A stretch of 63,837 nucleotides of DNA, filler included, from Choristocarpus tenellus KU-1152 (lineage: Eukaryota > Protista > Phaeophyceae): the NCBI GenBank assembly GCA_964200185.2. It is 11 parts of 11 records of this genome, joined end to end, with 100 filler letters (N's around TTAATTAATTAA, not from the genome) between each part and the next. Parts side by side here need not be neighbours in the genome. Positions count along the whole stretch, not along the records: positions 9,565 to 16,911 come from CAXNAD020006296.1; positions 17,012 to 20,837 come from CAXNAD020017711.1; positions 20,938 to 35,304 come from CAXNAD020001216.1; 8 more parts are not named here. One strand, 5' to 3'. The notes under the pieces were generated by a model. That model made no database searches and was not told the origin of the DNA. It saw nothing but the letters and a program-made list of their open reading frames with translations. Within the stretch, counting starts at the first letter, position 1; the number at the start of each line of letters is the position of its first letter. The translations under genes and the position numbers were made by a program. Below, in pieces: positions 12,451-25,773 of this stretch.

Positions 12451-15292
12451 CTGTGGTTCATGTAGACTCTTCAAAACATGAATTTCGCGCAGTCAAACTC
12501 TATATCAGCACCAGACTCCTTTTCGTGGAAATCTGATTTCCATTATCCTAAGTCCATCTAACAAGCACAGTGGATACTACATCTCTACTATCTTATCTGT
12601 CACTATTCAACAAAAACACCAGATCGAGATTGAGGTGGCAAGGCTGAGTTGTGGAGCAACGCTGAAGGTGGGTATGTCACAACTTTTGAGGATCTACAAA
12701 CTGTAGGATAGCTGAACCCACCTTGTAAGAAGCAAGGGCATGCGCAGGGAAGGCAGTGCAATTAGTTGTAGGGCAACAGGGTAGTTCCTACGACCCCAAG
12801 TTGGGATGGACCTCAGACTAAATTGATCATCAACACAGATAATAATTCCAATGTCGGACGTTTAGAGCAATACGGATCATCGTATACTCCTGAGTTATCT
12901 GCAGAGCTTTGGGTTGTAGGTTATATGGGGTCTGAACTAGGCTACCCCTAATTCTGGCTTGCTTAGAAAGGGAGTGGTTCTCCAACCTGGGGTATCTCTC
13001 ACGTGCTTGGCAGGGTAAACATCCCTCGGTGATTTAACTTGTTGTGGTTTGATGCTAAAGCTGATACCTATCCTTTTCTCCTTTTGGACTCGACTGTTAG
13101 ACCTTCCACTTTTTGTATCCAATTAGTATTTTTTGGTCATTTCCTTAATTTTTTTGTGCACTTTCCACTTGTCTATATTGTTACTTCTCTTTTTATACTG
13201 GATTCTTGTACATTGCTACGTTCTGTATCTCTCCGTTTTATCAAATGATTTTTTCTATTTTTCTGCTTTCTTTTTCTAGTGCTAACCTCACCACTAGTCC
13301 CACAGCACAGTGAATGCTACTTTTTCTCCATTCTAAATAGTATCTTCAATTAGCCTGGAGACCACCCCGACCCGTGGTCCGAGGCACTACACACCGCACA
13401 ACTTTTCGTACAAGCAACTGTAAACAACTGTTGCACTACTACTGATCATACTGCCTCTGCCCATACTTTGCTTCTTGCGTGTTGGGTTCAGCTATCCCAC
13501 CACTCGTCGCTTCAACTCCCACCTAAAAAGACTCAGCACATCTCGAGTAATAGTGATCAAGTAGACGACTGATCAAATAGGCAACAAGAGCGAGTTAGCA
13601 AACAGCTGGGATCTACCCAACAACTCAGATTCAGAAAGCGGATTGGACACAAAGTGAAGCAAGAGATGCTCCAATACATCGCCACAATATTTTCTCCTCT
13701 ATCAGAGGGCGACTTCAAAGTCATGTTTGAAGGTCTGACCGATTCCTGATGCCTCAATTTGGAGAGCAGTATCCCTGAAGTTTTTGAAACCCCTTCGGTG
13801 AGCAGAGATTCCTTTTCCCCTATTCATGAATAATGCTGACAGGGTGTGCAAGGCTTACCCCCAAGTAAACATAAATATGCGGTTGCTGAGATCATGACTA
13901 CAATGCAGTAAGCGAGGACAAAGGAGGAGGATGCAATACGGCATTATAATGGTGTGCCACACACTAGCCACAAAGGGGGTGGAGATTGGCGATAACATAC
14001 ATATATTAATGCAATAAAATGATTAAGAGGGTAGGGCCTGTAGGAGGAAAAATGCACCCCAATGACTTGCTTTGGCATAAAAAACTGTTTCACTGGTTAA
14101 AGAATTGCTACTCAACGTATCATATTTCCCTTTCTCCTCAAAGTTGGCAAGACTCGCTTACGCCAATAGGAGAGGGTGGAAATATACATTGATTACTGAG
14201 ACGCAGACCACAGCACATACACACACACATTCGTCACATGCTGGAACTATTCATCGTGTTGCTTGCATCAAACCTGGTTGTTACAGGGACTCGGTTCTCA
14301 GAGGTCATACCCACTTTGCTAACTACAAAGGTCTGAATTACAATATACAAAGACAGAAAGCAACTCCCTACTTCTCCCCCCTTCCCTTCCCTGCCCCCGC
14401 TGACTTGCAGGCAACCTTGTGTGCATGTCACATATGGTCACATCAAAGAGGGAGCTCCTCTTCCATGGGGTACCGTTTCTAGGACTTCCAACAAAATAAA
14501 ACTTTGAAGAATGTGGTCACCTGGAAAAAGCCAAGCCCAGAACTTACTACTGTACCCATTGTTGTACAGTTACATAAAATATTTTTCTTGGGCGCCAACA
14601 GTATAGGATATATGAAGTAAAACTGGGGGGAGCCAAGCTTGTGGATATTCTTTCGTAAGGGAGAGGAAAATCGGTGAACTCCAACTACTCAACAAGAACA
14701 GGAAATGATATCTGATACTCAAGGAACAAGGATCCCACTCATGGGCTCCCATGACCTAGACACAATGTAAATGCAGCCATTAATACCACAAGTGACCCTA
14801 ACCCTAACCCTAACTTCCTACAAAGGAGCTCAATTAACAGAAAACAAGGAAACAATAGGGTTGCTCAAGTTACAAGGGTGCCGCTCTATGACTCCTGCAC
14901 CCAGACAACTCTTCACACTCGGCATAAGCATCTCACCACTGACACACCGCAACTATCCCATGATACTCTAAACTGAAGCATATTATCCTTAGCACCCTTG
15001 GGACATTGTGGTGGAGAGTGTGGAGCATTTGGAAAGGGACAACATCCCCTTCACACTATTTCAAAGGATAAGGCCAACTCACTCCACCCTACATACGGCA
15101 TCTTCTCTGATCAGTGTGTTTATGTCCCAAGTATTGGGAGGGGGAATCAATAAGGGAGAAACACAATACAATTTTGACGTTAGGTCAATCTTACTCCTAC
15201 TAAAAGTGTTTCTTTGTACCCAGCATTGAGTGGTACTCCAAGATGTAAATAATGAGGGCACCCACTGTGTGCACTTGCCATACAATGCAAGC

Positions 15293-15566
15293 TAGGTAAG
15301 AGTATCTTAGAGGGTACGATTTTTGCCCTGTTTGGACGTTTAGGACTTGACTTCCCACGGGGGTTTTTATGACGTTTTCCTACTCTGAAGTATATCGGAG
15401 TAGGTAAAATGCATATTTTTTTGGAGTAGGTATCATGTATATGTCCGGAACAAGGGATATTGACACTTCCTAACAAACACGATAGCCAAAATTACATCAA
15501 AATCCCAGCATTGGTTTTTGGTCCCCAAACGGACATGGCTCTACCCCCTAAGATACCCTTTGTCTC
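15293..15566 (-). mobile_element. MITE family A copy
   Basis: AGTATCTTAGAGGGTAC...TACCCCCTAAGATACC; flanks AAGC/AATC form an imperfect 4-bp TSD. Confidence 0.85.
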
Positions 15567-15719
15567 AATCTCACAAAAAAACCCGTAAGACCAATGCACA
15601 CCAGCATGTAGTGCAGAACACCAAAATACTTTCAAGAGGGTTGAGCTTGCACTTTCTCCTCAGCAATTTGTAGTCATGGACGGGTTAAGCCAATAGGTGT
15701 AAGGGGTCAGGAGCACAGA

Positions 15720-16020
15720 GCCAAAGTAATCGAGAAATAGTCAGGTTTTGGCCGTTTTGCACTTAATATCACTTTTTTCATCTATTGCAATTCGACCCTC
15801 ACTAGTTCTATGCAAGAAGCGCTAGGATTGACTTGAGAAGTTCGATTTCTCTGTTTGAAAATTGTCGACTGAATTCAAAGAAATAGCTGTTTCTAATCCT
15901 AAAAATGCAACCCAGGGTACTCTCTTGTTTACTTTGACGCACGGTAATGTGAAAATAGCAACATTCACAGCAATAAGGTCGCTGGAAGTCTCTGCAACAT
16001 ACCCTTATCCTTCGGTCCAG
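15720..16020. repeat. Dispersed repeat family D (diverged inverted copy at ~34930-35200)
   Basis: GGCCGTTTTGCACTTAATATCACTTTTTTCATCTATTGCAATTC resembles the reverse complement of ~35100-35145 (GGTCGTTTTGCATTAGAAGCCAGTTTTTTATCTTTTGCAATTC), and similarity continues on both sides. Confidence 0.5.
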
Positions 16021-16080
16021 AAATGTTCTACCTTGGCATTGCTGTATGTTAGATGTTACCTACACTTGGGTCAGAATGTC

Positions 16081-16349
16081 GACTGAAAGTATCTTATTAA
16101 GAGAGGGTACGAGTTTTGCCCTGTTTGTCCATTTGGGCCATGACTTCCCATGTTTTTTTTGTTTTTTTACATTTTCCTACTCCAAAATGTTTCGGAGCAG
16201 GTAAAATGTATGCGTTATGAAAAGGTGTGTCTGGAACAAGGATATCGACACTTACTAACAAACACGACAGCCAGAATTACTTCAAAATCGCGACAATGGA
16301 TTTTGGACCCCAAATGGATGCGGCCCAACCCTCTGAGATACTTTGGCTC
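16081..16349 (-). mobile_element. MITE family A copy with perfect 4-bp TSD (TGTC)
   Basis: TGTC|GACTGAAAGTATCTT...GATACTTTGGCTC|TGTC. Confidence 0.9.
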
Positions 16350-17589
16350 TGTCCAGGGTGCCTTCGACAGCAGTCAAGATGAAGGAACAGCAAATCCTTT
16401 AAGGAAAGAGTTCAAATATTGGATCAGACACAAGACGTTTATGAGGTGGAAATGTGTCAAGATTTCCGGGGACCCAGTGGCTGGCAACATGTGCACATAA
16501 TACACTCCAGGCTATCCTTGGGTAATGTTGTTGCTATTCTTCTTCTTATTATTATTATTATTTCTTATTATTATTGGTTCATGAATACATATCTTTGCGT
16601 AGCCCTCTAAGGATTAACAGCTACAAAGAACTTGGGTATGTGAGAGAAAGAGGGTGACCAGTTGTACACAGGTCATAAAATATGGTGGTAGGGACCTGAG
16701 GAGCAGCTCCCAAATGGACAAAGCAGGGTTTTACGAAAAAATAACATGGAACGCCTTACATCAAATTACTAGACACCAATTGCATATTGAAATGCCAAAT
16801 AGTTACAACAAGTAGTGACTAAAAGAGGATTGCACTGGCTCAAAGTATCTGGGGGGGGGGGGGGGGGGGGGGGGTTGTGTGGGGGTAATTTTTTTTTGGT
16901 GGGGTTCTTGGNNNNNNNNNNNNNNNNNNNNNNNNNNNNNNNNNNNNNNNNNNNNTTAATTAATTAANNNNNNNNNNNNNNNNNNNNNNNNNNNNNNNNN
17001 NNNNNNNNNNNTGTGCCCCCAGTCAACCAGAATTCTCCCGCCCACAAAACTCAGTTTACTTCATAAACTCTCACTTCAACATCCAAAACAAGTCATACGA
17101 ATATCAGAATCTTGAAGATAGGTTACCTTCAGGGTATACCTTCTATGGAAGATGACTCTGACAAATTGAAAGAAGTGCAACATAGGTGAAGGCCTGTGAC
17201 ATACAGGTACGAACAAAAGAATGAAAGAAATAATAATGAAAAGACTACAATAATTGTATGTATATAAGAGAGGTCGATACAAGAGTAAACGAGATATAAG
17301 AGAAGTTAAATTGCCTTGTCACAACTTTTCACGCTATAAGAGAGGTTTAGGCGTTTTCTCCTACTAATTCTCTCTTATATCGAGCAAACTCGCATTTTTA
17401 AAACTACTTGGCCGACAGGTTTCTCAAGCCATGTCTAAAGTTAAGCAAAATATAACAAAGTAAGGCACAAAGGTGCTTGAGAATAGCAGTACACAGCATA
17501 GCAGTCTATTGTCTCTCAGTACTGCACAGTAGAGTACATACAGTGTAGCACATCAAATTTAGACGACTGCATTTATAAATATAACGATA

Positions 17590-17805
17590 CCCTGTACAGC
17601 GGGATCCACCTACAATATACTGGGTAATACCCCGGGTCCGCCACACTATACATGCTATAAGTGTCGCGTCTGTAGCGGCTATCTTCATGGCATTTGCGTC
17701 ATCGTGGATCCTTTTGGCGCCAGCGAAATTAAACGTTTGTGCAAATTGTGCGTGAGCTCCACCAAGCACAAGGCTTCGAGTCCTCCAGGCGATGACAACT
17801 GTTGA
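17590..17805 (+). mobile_element. Cys/His-rich N-terminal zinc-finger fragment of a pogo-like transposase
   Basis: Plus frame PCTAGSTYNILGNTPGPPHYTCYKCRVCSGYLHGICVIVDPFGASEIKRLCKLC. This CxxC...LHGxC...RxCxxC pattern resembles the N-terminus of stramenopile pogo transposases. Repeated TATAAGAGA motifs at ~17260-17345 may be subterminal repeats. Confidence 0.55.
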
Positions 17806-19084
17806 AACCTGATTTTGTATGAGTTGTGTGTTGTTGTGATGTGTTTGGTTTGTGACAAAGGAGATCATAGCCCAACTATGCACCGATGAATTTGTTCTGG
17901 TAGGTCTGATGACATGTTGTATTCAGTCAGACAGTGTTCGATGTGAAGGTATGTTTGTTACAGCGTGCCCCCCAGTACTCACCTCCACAGGATATGCAAC
18001 TCAAATCCAATGACCTTAAAACGACGCTACGCGGGGGTTCACAGATGATGACCATGTATGATGTCAGTTGATGCTTAGCTCAGTCAATGTCTCGCTTTTC
18101 GCTTTATCAAAAGAGGGTAAGGATCAAAGAACTGAGCGTGTGGTGAACACTCAGCCTCTTATTAACATCATTCACCGTTTTTCTGCAGCCAAAGAGTTAA
18201 ATGAAGTCTGCAAACTGCTGTGTAAATACTCCAATCATAAATCTTTATTCTGCAACTTGCAGGAATCGAAATCTATTCTGTAAGATTATGTATGCATTTC
18301 AAATCATACTCTGCATCTTCTATCAATACAAAGTTCCTCTTACATGAGCTCTTACGTATGTATACTGTTCGCACATTTTGGCACGCAAAAAGAAACGCTC
18401 GCGCTATTCGCCTGTAACATGTTTGGTTGTGCTATGATTAACATGTTTAGAGGCAAGTGTGTGTCATAGTGCAACAAGACATCTGTGGGTTCGGTCTGGT
18501 GCGTCTGAAGGGATGTCTTACTCAATTAGACTTTTTGGTTGGAGTGAAATGGGTACAGGTACGTCTATGGCATATTTTACTCAATCAGACTATGATTGAT
18601 AGAAACAGTGTGGTCATTCATTGAGGCGCTCAAATGAAGAAACTCATCCTCTGTGAAGAGGGTTGTCATCTTGACAGAGAAGGGTTTTCCAAAGGAAGAT
18701 TTAAACTCTGTTTATATTGGATTCCGGCGTGTGTCGTATACGTGTTGCAGAGCGAACAGGGTGTCTTGTAGTAGGCAAGGCCAGTCAAGCAAAAAAAAAA
18801 GAAGAATGAACACATTCTATGTAACTGATACCTTGTGTGAAAAGAACTAACACGAGCAAGAAAGAAGCCAACCTTGAATCCATACCTAAAAAAACTACTG
18901 TCACACATAGTATGGCTGTATGAGTGATAGTTAGCGACCGTTCCTATACTTCCTATATACTGTGATCTTCTGAGCGAGTTGTGATGATGGACTCAGGATC
19001 TACTGATGTAAATGGGAATAGCCATCATTGAAATGGACAAATCAACGTTCAGTATGGACTGACGATGCTGTATCGTGTCAAAGC

Positions 19085-19920
19085 AAATCGAATTAGTAGT
19101 CTATGTTTTAACGACAGCACGGCATCAAAGCGTCACGATAACAAGAACAAGGGTAAGGGGAAGGTGCTCCCAAATAAATCTAAGGAGAAAGACGGGTCCT
19201 ACAAGCCTCGCGGTGCCGACAATCGTAAACGCTTGAGCTTTGCAGAGAAGGCGAAAGTGTTGATACTCCTGAAGACCATGAAGCGAATTGCGGTTGCTTA
19301 AAAGTTTGGAATCAGTCACAGCACCCTCTACAAGTTGAAGAAGTGGGCGCAACAACCATCATGGAGAAAGCGCAGATGCTGAAGCCTAACACTACCAAGT
19401 CTAACCAGGTCTATGAGGGGTGCCAAACACGTCGAGGTGTTTCAGAGCGTGGGTTGAAAGTCTGAAAGTAGATTAATTATGATCGTGATTGAAATGTCTT
19501 TCTGCACTGTCTGCTGATAAGGATTATGATTGACTTATTTGAAATTTTGCGCGCGTTGCTGTCGTACTATAATGTCTGTACTGTACTCTATAGAATCACG
19601 GGTGGTCATTTTGCTCGTACAAGGTGTCCCTACATATTAATGAGGATCTTTCCAATGCTCTTGACGCTCTGCACCTTAAACCCGGTGGAAAACCGTCCCA
19701 GGCTTCCATGGACACAGCGAGAGCGCGGATCGGTGTGGAAAACAACGAAGTGGAATCCTTGTACCAGTCAGACAATGAAAGCTAGGGCGATGAGGATGAC
19801 AATGGGTTTATGGGAGGGGGCAGCACATTGGGGGTCACGAGGAAAGGACAACCTCTTCGGTGTTATCTGTTCCTCCACCACCGTACTCTCAAGTAGCTGA
19901 CGAGTTTGCAAGCTTCAAAA
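19085..19920 (+). mobile_element. pogo/Tigger-like transposase remnant (N-terminal HTH plus C-terminal tail; DDE core not found)
   Basis: RKRLSFAEKAKVLILLKTMKRIAVA*KFGISHSTLYKLKK (CENP-B/psq-type HTH), then RSMRGAKHVE; later an acidic stretch and PPPPYSQVADEF. Contains in-frame stops. Confidence 0.7.
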
Positions 19921-19937
19921 CAACCACCAAAAGAGTG

Positions 19938-20036
19938 CATTTCGGAGTAGGAAAATGTTATCAAAACCCCGTGGGGAGCCCAATCCCCAAACGGATAAAC
20001 AGGGCAAAACTCGTACCTTCTAAGATACTTTTACTC
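19938..20036 (+). mobile_element. MITE family A, right half
   Basis: TTTCGGAGTAGGAAAATG...TACCTTCTAAGATACTTTTACTC. Confidence 0.8.
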
Positions 20037-20329
20037 TTTTACTCTTTTACTCTTTTGCTCTTCACATATACATGGAAATGGAAAGGAGGTCTGGGATGAC
20101 GTTGAAATAGAACCAATAAAACCTTACTTGGTATGTACTATATGCCAACAAATAACTTCTGCTACTAGAACGTATAGTAAGTTCTTCGTTGAGTCCAAGT
20201 ACAGCCATCACCAAAAACATTAAATAAGAACCCTTCATCCAATTCTTGTTCTTCCCGTACGGAACTAGTTTCTAATATGGAAATCGTGGGAAATGTCATG
20301 TTTTCGTTTATCATTGGGATAAACAGGAT

Positions 20330-20383
20330 AGTCAAAGTATCTTAGAGGGTAGGCCACGTCCAAATGGGGTTCAAAATCCATTG
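20330..20383 (+). mobile_element. MITE family A left end, interrupted by repeat family C
   Basis: AGTCAAAGTATCTTAGAGGGTAGGCCACGTCCAAATGGGGTTCAAAATCCA, followed by an abrupt switch to family C sequence. Confidence 0.75.
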
Positions 20384-20837
20384 GGAAAGTTAATGAAGAA
20401 ATCTGAGTTTTGTGGGCGGAAGAGTTCTGGTTGGTTGGGGGCACAGGGGAAGGGTGGGGACAGGAAAGAAATAAAATGTAGTAAGAGCGTGAATGAAGAG
20501 TAAAATACTGAGTGGTTGAGAGAGGGAGGAGAGAAGTTGAAGAAATAGGTGCTAGACTGAGTCAGAAGAGAAGGGAGATTGGTCAATATTGAAATGGAAA
20601 GAAAACCTGGGGCTGGTGTGGCAGGACGAGGAGGGCTAGATCAAGACAACCCTCAGCAAGCTTCCCGCCCACCCACCCTGTCGTTTGCTCACGACCGACT
20701 GGGATGCTGGGGAGGGAAGGGAGGTCAAGTTCGGGCAGGGTAGATGTCTTCTAGCTCAAAGGTATGTTCGTAGATAGTGCTGCTGATACACTATAGACAC
20801 CACTGGTGGATTATGTGATAAGGTAGAGAGCCAGTGA
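20384..20837 (-). repeat. Dispersed repeat family C (other copies at 41325-41680 and 17012-17070, plus strand)
   Basis: All three copies share ACCAGAAYTCTYCCGCCCACAAAACTCAG and diverge from each other at about the same point. The two long copies share GAAGACATCTACCCYGCCCGAACTTGA. Confidence 0.8.
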
Positions 20838-22903
20838 NNNNNNNNNNNNNNNNNNNNNNNNNNNNNNNNNNNNNNNNNNNNTTAATTAATTAANNNNNNN
20901 NNNNNNNNNNNNNNNNNNNNNNNNNNNNNNNNNNNNNGGCGTCCGTTTTGGTCTGGATGCCCCCTCACAAACCACCCCCCCCCCCCAGATACGTTGACCC
21001 AAATTGAGACACATTCAAATCACCCTGTTGACATAACTCATAAATTTCACTTCTCAACTCTGACTTTCTACTTACCTGTGATGACATACCGAAACCATGC
21101 TTTCCCTCTAGGGTGTCCTCGATAGGACAGACCCGTGTGGTAAGGAATCTCTGATTCGACTGAGTTGTCCAAGTGAACGGGTTCGGCCCCTGTGCTCGTT
21201 CTCAGTTCCTCCATGAGTCTCATTTGGAATGCCCGTCCCAGGATCTTGACCTGGAATGGGATCTGTAGCGAGCGGAAAACCAAAAGTTGGACATGTTCTC
21301 TTAATCTGCCTCGGTGTTCGGTTGAGTTGACATGGCTGCTGCGAGAATTTTAGCGAGATGCGGTGCTGGGCTGGAACCTCTCCAAATCATTGATTCCAGG
21401 AGGAATCTCTGCATCAGACAAGACCTTGATTCTGTGAAACCCTGTGAGTCAGACATGTCTGCATAGCAGGGAGTGTGAGAGTGTGAGAATATGAATGGCA
21501 AGTCAGAGACCACTCATTTGCGATTGAAGGTGTATGGTGCCTTCCTTGGAGCCACAAATGCCATCATGCCAGTTCTTTCCTCCAAGTTAGGAGATGATGA
21601 ATGCGCCCCAAGACCATCCAAGGAGACGACAAAACCAAGCAGAAGAAAACCAAGGGTGTAGTAGGGAGCTTCCAAGAATCCGAAGCGCTGAGGTGAATAC
21701 TGAGTATTCTCTCCAGTTTGAAGAGTCTTGGTAGGACCTCCATGTTACAGCACACCTCCAAGAGCTTACCTCCACGGGATGTATAGCTTCAATCCAAAGG
21801 CCTATAGATGGTGGTACTGATGCTCGTACAAACCTCCCAGGATACTCCAGCGGTCAAAAGGTCCAACGGGGGTGATGAATGCCGGGTCAGCTGGTAAAGG
21901 TATTCAGTCTGAATCAGTACTCATTTTCGTAAAGAATATGGAGTCACATACGCACATGCAAATCTTAGATGCAATGTTAAAGTTCTATCATCTCTAAAGA
22001 TACCATAGCGGATACCACCACATCATTGGAACTTGCCCATATCGACCAGTCAACAAAACCAGACTCACCTCTAAGTTCCAGATTTGACCAAACGGTCAGA
22101 AGGACTATCAGAACAAAGATGCATTCCGATTCTGACTGATCCATTTCCCTGCTGTGACGTTGCTTAGTCATACTGTGACATATCTGTTGTGCACTATGGT
22201 TTTGGTTCTGTTCTGAATTTCCTCGACTCACTTTGAGATGCGGGGCCAAGATCTGTGAAACTCGGTCCTGCCCTCCGTGGTGGAAGAGTTCAGTCTGGTG
22301 ATTGTGATTGCCCCCTTTTGCAGAGAGCTTTGGCACCTTTGACACTTCCACAATAGTAATCAGTCCATAAACGAAGGTGTAGTAGCATGTGTGTACGTGA
22401 AGGATAGGAAAAATATTTAAAACCGAATATAATAAACGAAAAGGTGCAGTCCCACATCAACAAAGTCCGACCTCTCTAGAACAAGATCTCCATGGAAGTA
22501 TGTACTGGATGTGGGACTCGTCCAGAACCAGACCAATGTAGGAGCGTCTTGTTCCGTGCTGTACTGTTCTACACAAACTGGGTATTTTACACCTCATCTT
22601 TCTCCTATTTCGCCTCATAGGAATAGCTGACTCTCCTGTTCCACTCTGTGTGTGTGTCGGTGCTGGTATCTGGTCATGTTCCCTCGCATCCAGTGATCGT
22701 CCCATTGAAAGTACCGTCCCCTGCCCTTGGCACTTGTATAAGGTGCTCCTCCGTCATCCAAATCCTGTACAACCCTCAGTGACGACTCTAGGAGGATGTA
22801 TTCCTCGGTATCCTTCTACTCTCTATGCTTCACCTGGCGAACCATCTGGCATATTGTATTGGATGACATGCTTGGGTGCAGCTTTATCATGGTTCCTCTT
22901 GTC

Positions 22904-23482
22904 CTACTCCGATACTTGTTTGACCCCATCCTCGATCTCATCATCTGTCATGAATGACCTCAGTCCAGGCAGCAAGGAGTTCTTGCCATCCTCTCGTAGG
23001 TAACACACAGAGTAAACATATGCCCCAGAATTGTCTATACCAATGTCGCGGACCTCCCCCCGTATGATAGCATCCCCAATCCCATAAAGGATGAAACTGG
23101 TGGCTTGATCAAACTTGGGATCGGACATGCCTCAACAACCTGGACGACACATTCACCATCCTGCCTCAACCATACCAGAGCTTAACTTCGGCATCCAATC
23201 AGCAACCCCTCGGAGGGGTACCTGTTCGCTTCTCAAGGGAACACAGACTCGGAGACCTATCCGATGCCAAGTTTGGCCGAGCCACCAGTTTCATCCTTTA
23301 TGGGAGTGGGGATTGCTATCATACGGGGGGAGGTCCATGACATTGATGTTGACAATTCTGGGGCATATATTTACTCTGTGTGCTGCCTATGAGAGGATGG
23401 TGAGAACTCCTCTCCACCTGGGCTGAGGTCATTCATGACAGACGACGAGATTGAGGATGGGGTCAAAAAAGTATCGGAGAAG
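22904..23482. repeat. Inverted repeat: two ~225-bp diverged arms (22904-23127, 23258-23482) with a ~130-bp spacer
   Basis: GACCCCATCCTCGATCTCATCATCTGTCATGAATGACCTCAG is near-complementary to CTGAGGTCATTCATGACAGACGACGAGATTGAGGATGGGGTC, and complementarity runs along both arms. Confidence 0.9.
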
Positions 23483-25773
23483 TCAGAGATGAGGATAGCC
23501 TGAAGTGGGACGACGCGTGGGCTCAGTTGTGCGTCCTGCAGCACCACAACGATTTTTGGTGTTCTTGGGGAAAGGATAATGGGAACGACCTTGAAGATGA
23601 TTGTGTAAGACAGCAGTGTTGTGGTGGACAGGTCCTATTTGACAGCCGTGATAACAACCGAAATAAACAACGCGATCAATTTCCTGATAGGAAATAAATC
23701 TACACAAAATAACTCTATTTCAAATATTTTGTAAAATTCTCTGAACATACCCGAATGTGGTATTGCAAGCAATACACATTTTTGTAATCAATACCCTGTC
23801 CAGCAGGTGGGTGAACTGAACCGTGAGATATACCCTAATTGTACAATGTCACTAGAAGGGGTAGGCTGACTGGATTGGGCTATTTTGTATCAAGGACTGA
23901 AGGGTTTGACTTGGAATGCTAGGTATGCCTTCAAGGTTTCAATCGAGTGGGTCGAGGGAACAAGCTCATTATCGCCTATATAAATAAATGCCACCTTCAC
24001 TGGAACCGAGTTGGGATGGAATACTGAATACATTCTGAGTCATCTTTCTTACCCTGTGCAATACACTCTATTTCACTCCTTTATGTGTACGATAGCGTAC
24101 ACAAAATTGATAGTTCCCCATTTCACACACAAATTGACACCACAATTAAGGCAAAGGCTCTTTCTCCAATTGTACAAAAATACATTTTTTTTGCCCTTTC
24201 TTGGGGTCTTCAAAATGCAACCCTACCTACCTCTCAATTAGTTTGGCTTATACGTTCACTTGTGGTTGCAAGAAGGGATATATGCATGCACGTCTTCCCA
24301 CAGGGGCAGGAAAGCATGTAATACGTCCTTCCAGGGGGAGGAGTTACAAGGTGATATGTTTTATTTGGGAAAGTCTGCCCATGACAAAGACTTGCAACAT
24401 GGAGTTAGTACGGCTGTGACTAGTTACAGCGAGTAGCAGGCCTAGAGTGGACATTTTTTAGGGTGTGTGTTCACAACAGCCTATCGTATTTAGACAGGGA
24501 GGCATTCAACATTGGCCAATTTCTACATGCTTCAGAGAGAGGGACTCCTCATATGCATTGTTCATTGAACAGAGAGGAAGTCAAAGAGGGAGATTGATAG
24601 TTCGGTGGAGATGCTATGGGTGAGCAAATCGTCCAAGTTTTTCCACAAGAGTTCAACTTGCATTACTGTGCCCATATAGTGTGTATGTGGAAGACTCCTG
24701 CACCCAAGTAGAAGAATAACTCAGGCGAAACAATGTGCACCAGTGGAAATAAAATTATTCCATCATAGTTTCTCTTAGATGGAAATGGGCACGGCCCAAA
24801 AATGCTACCCTTCCAAAATTATATACTTCAAAGCAGGATCAATGCTCACAGTACATGACAGAGCAGTGGGCAAAAAAGTAACACTTCTTGGAGTAACAAA
24901 CAAATTTCCATGGCACAAAGAACTCGTTTCCCCAAAATGGCATAATTACTCCAAGTCCCCCCAGTCTCTCATGGATTTCAAAGCAGAAGCGATGCAGAAG
25001 GAATTAAATAATAAAAATGCAGAAAAATATCAGTGATATGTGCAGAGAAGAGGGGGAAACCCTGAGATATTATCCGTACTACGGCCAAATATGCCCCAAA
25101 AAGTAAAAAAAATCGTAAATGGCCTCAACAAAATCCTTGGGGGTTACCTTCTAAGCATGGGGGTCACTACTCAAACAGGGTGAGCCTCCTAAGGCATTGC
25201 ACTAATGTTCTATACCGGCAAGCACATAGGAAATGTTAAAAAGAGAACCAAGATCAAACGACCCTAAATCAAGAGGGAAGAAGAAATCAAGATCAAAAGA
25301 CACTACATCAAAAGAGCAGAAAACAAGTTGAGACTTGACACTGACAAATAAGGCAAAAGGAAATGCACATCTCATGAGGATCAGACAGATACACTACAAT
25401 TACTATAATAAAATAACAAAAAATGAAGCACAGTTGTAATAATGAACTGGGATGTGCCACGAGCACCATTTTCTTATCCCAACCTTTGAACAACGTAAGG
25501 GGAAGCGCAAGCGGAAACCCCATTGCCTGTGCTGCTCATAACTCACTAATAAGAGTCCCATCTGCATAAAAAAAGTGTCTGATCGAAAGCAATACATTCA
25601 GTTATAACTACACTCTAGTCCGAACTGCAAGTGTACACTAGTTAAGTCTTACTTGTGCTACACAGACCACCTGTCGCCCTACATAGTAAAGCGGTGCCCA
25701 CAATGTTCTAAGCTCTTAGTACATGAAATCCAACCTCACAAATGAAGTTCCACACATGGCCTACAGGATCAGA

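Noticed and set aside
16150-16500. ORF-track peptides recurring as ...KIVPSKIL / ...YPLRYFG in several places
   Set aside because: Chance translations of MITE family A, not a gene family.
24420-24720. Possible C-terminal relic of a non-LTR retrotransposon (minus); similar vague relics at 36560-37200 and 45330-45700
   Set aside because: Too degraded; no diagnostic motif could be read with confidence.
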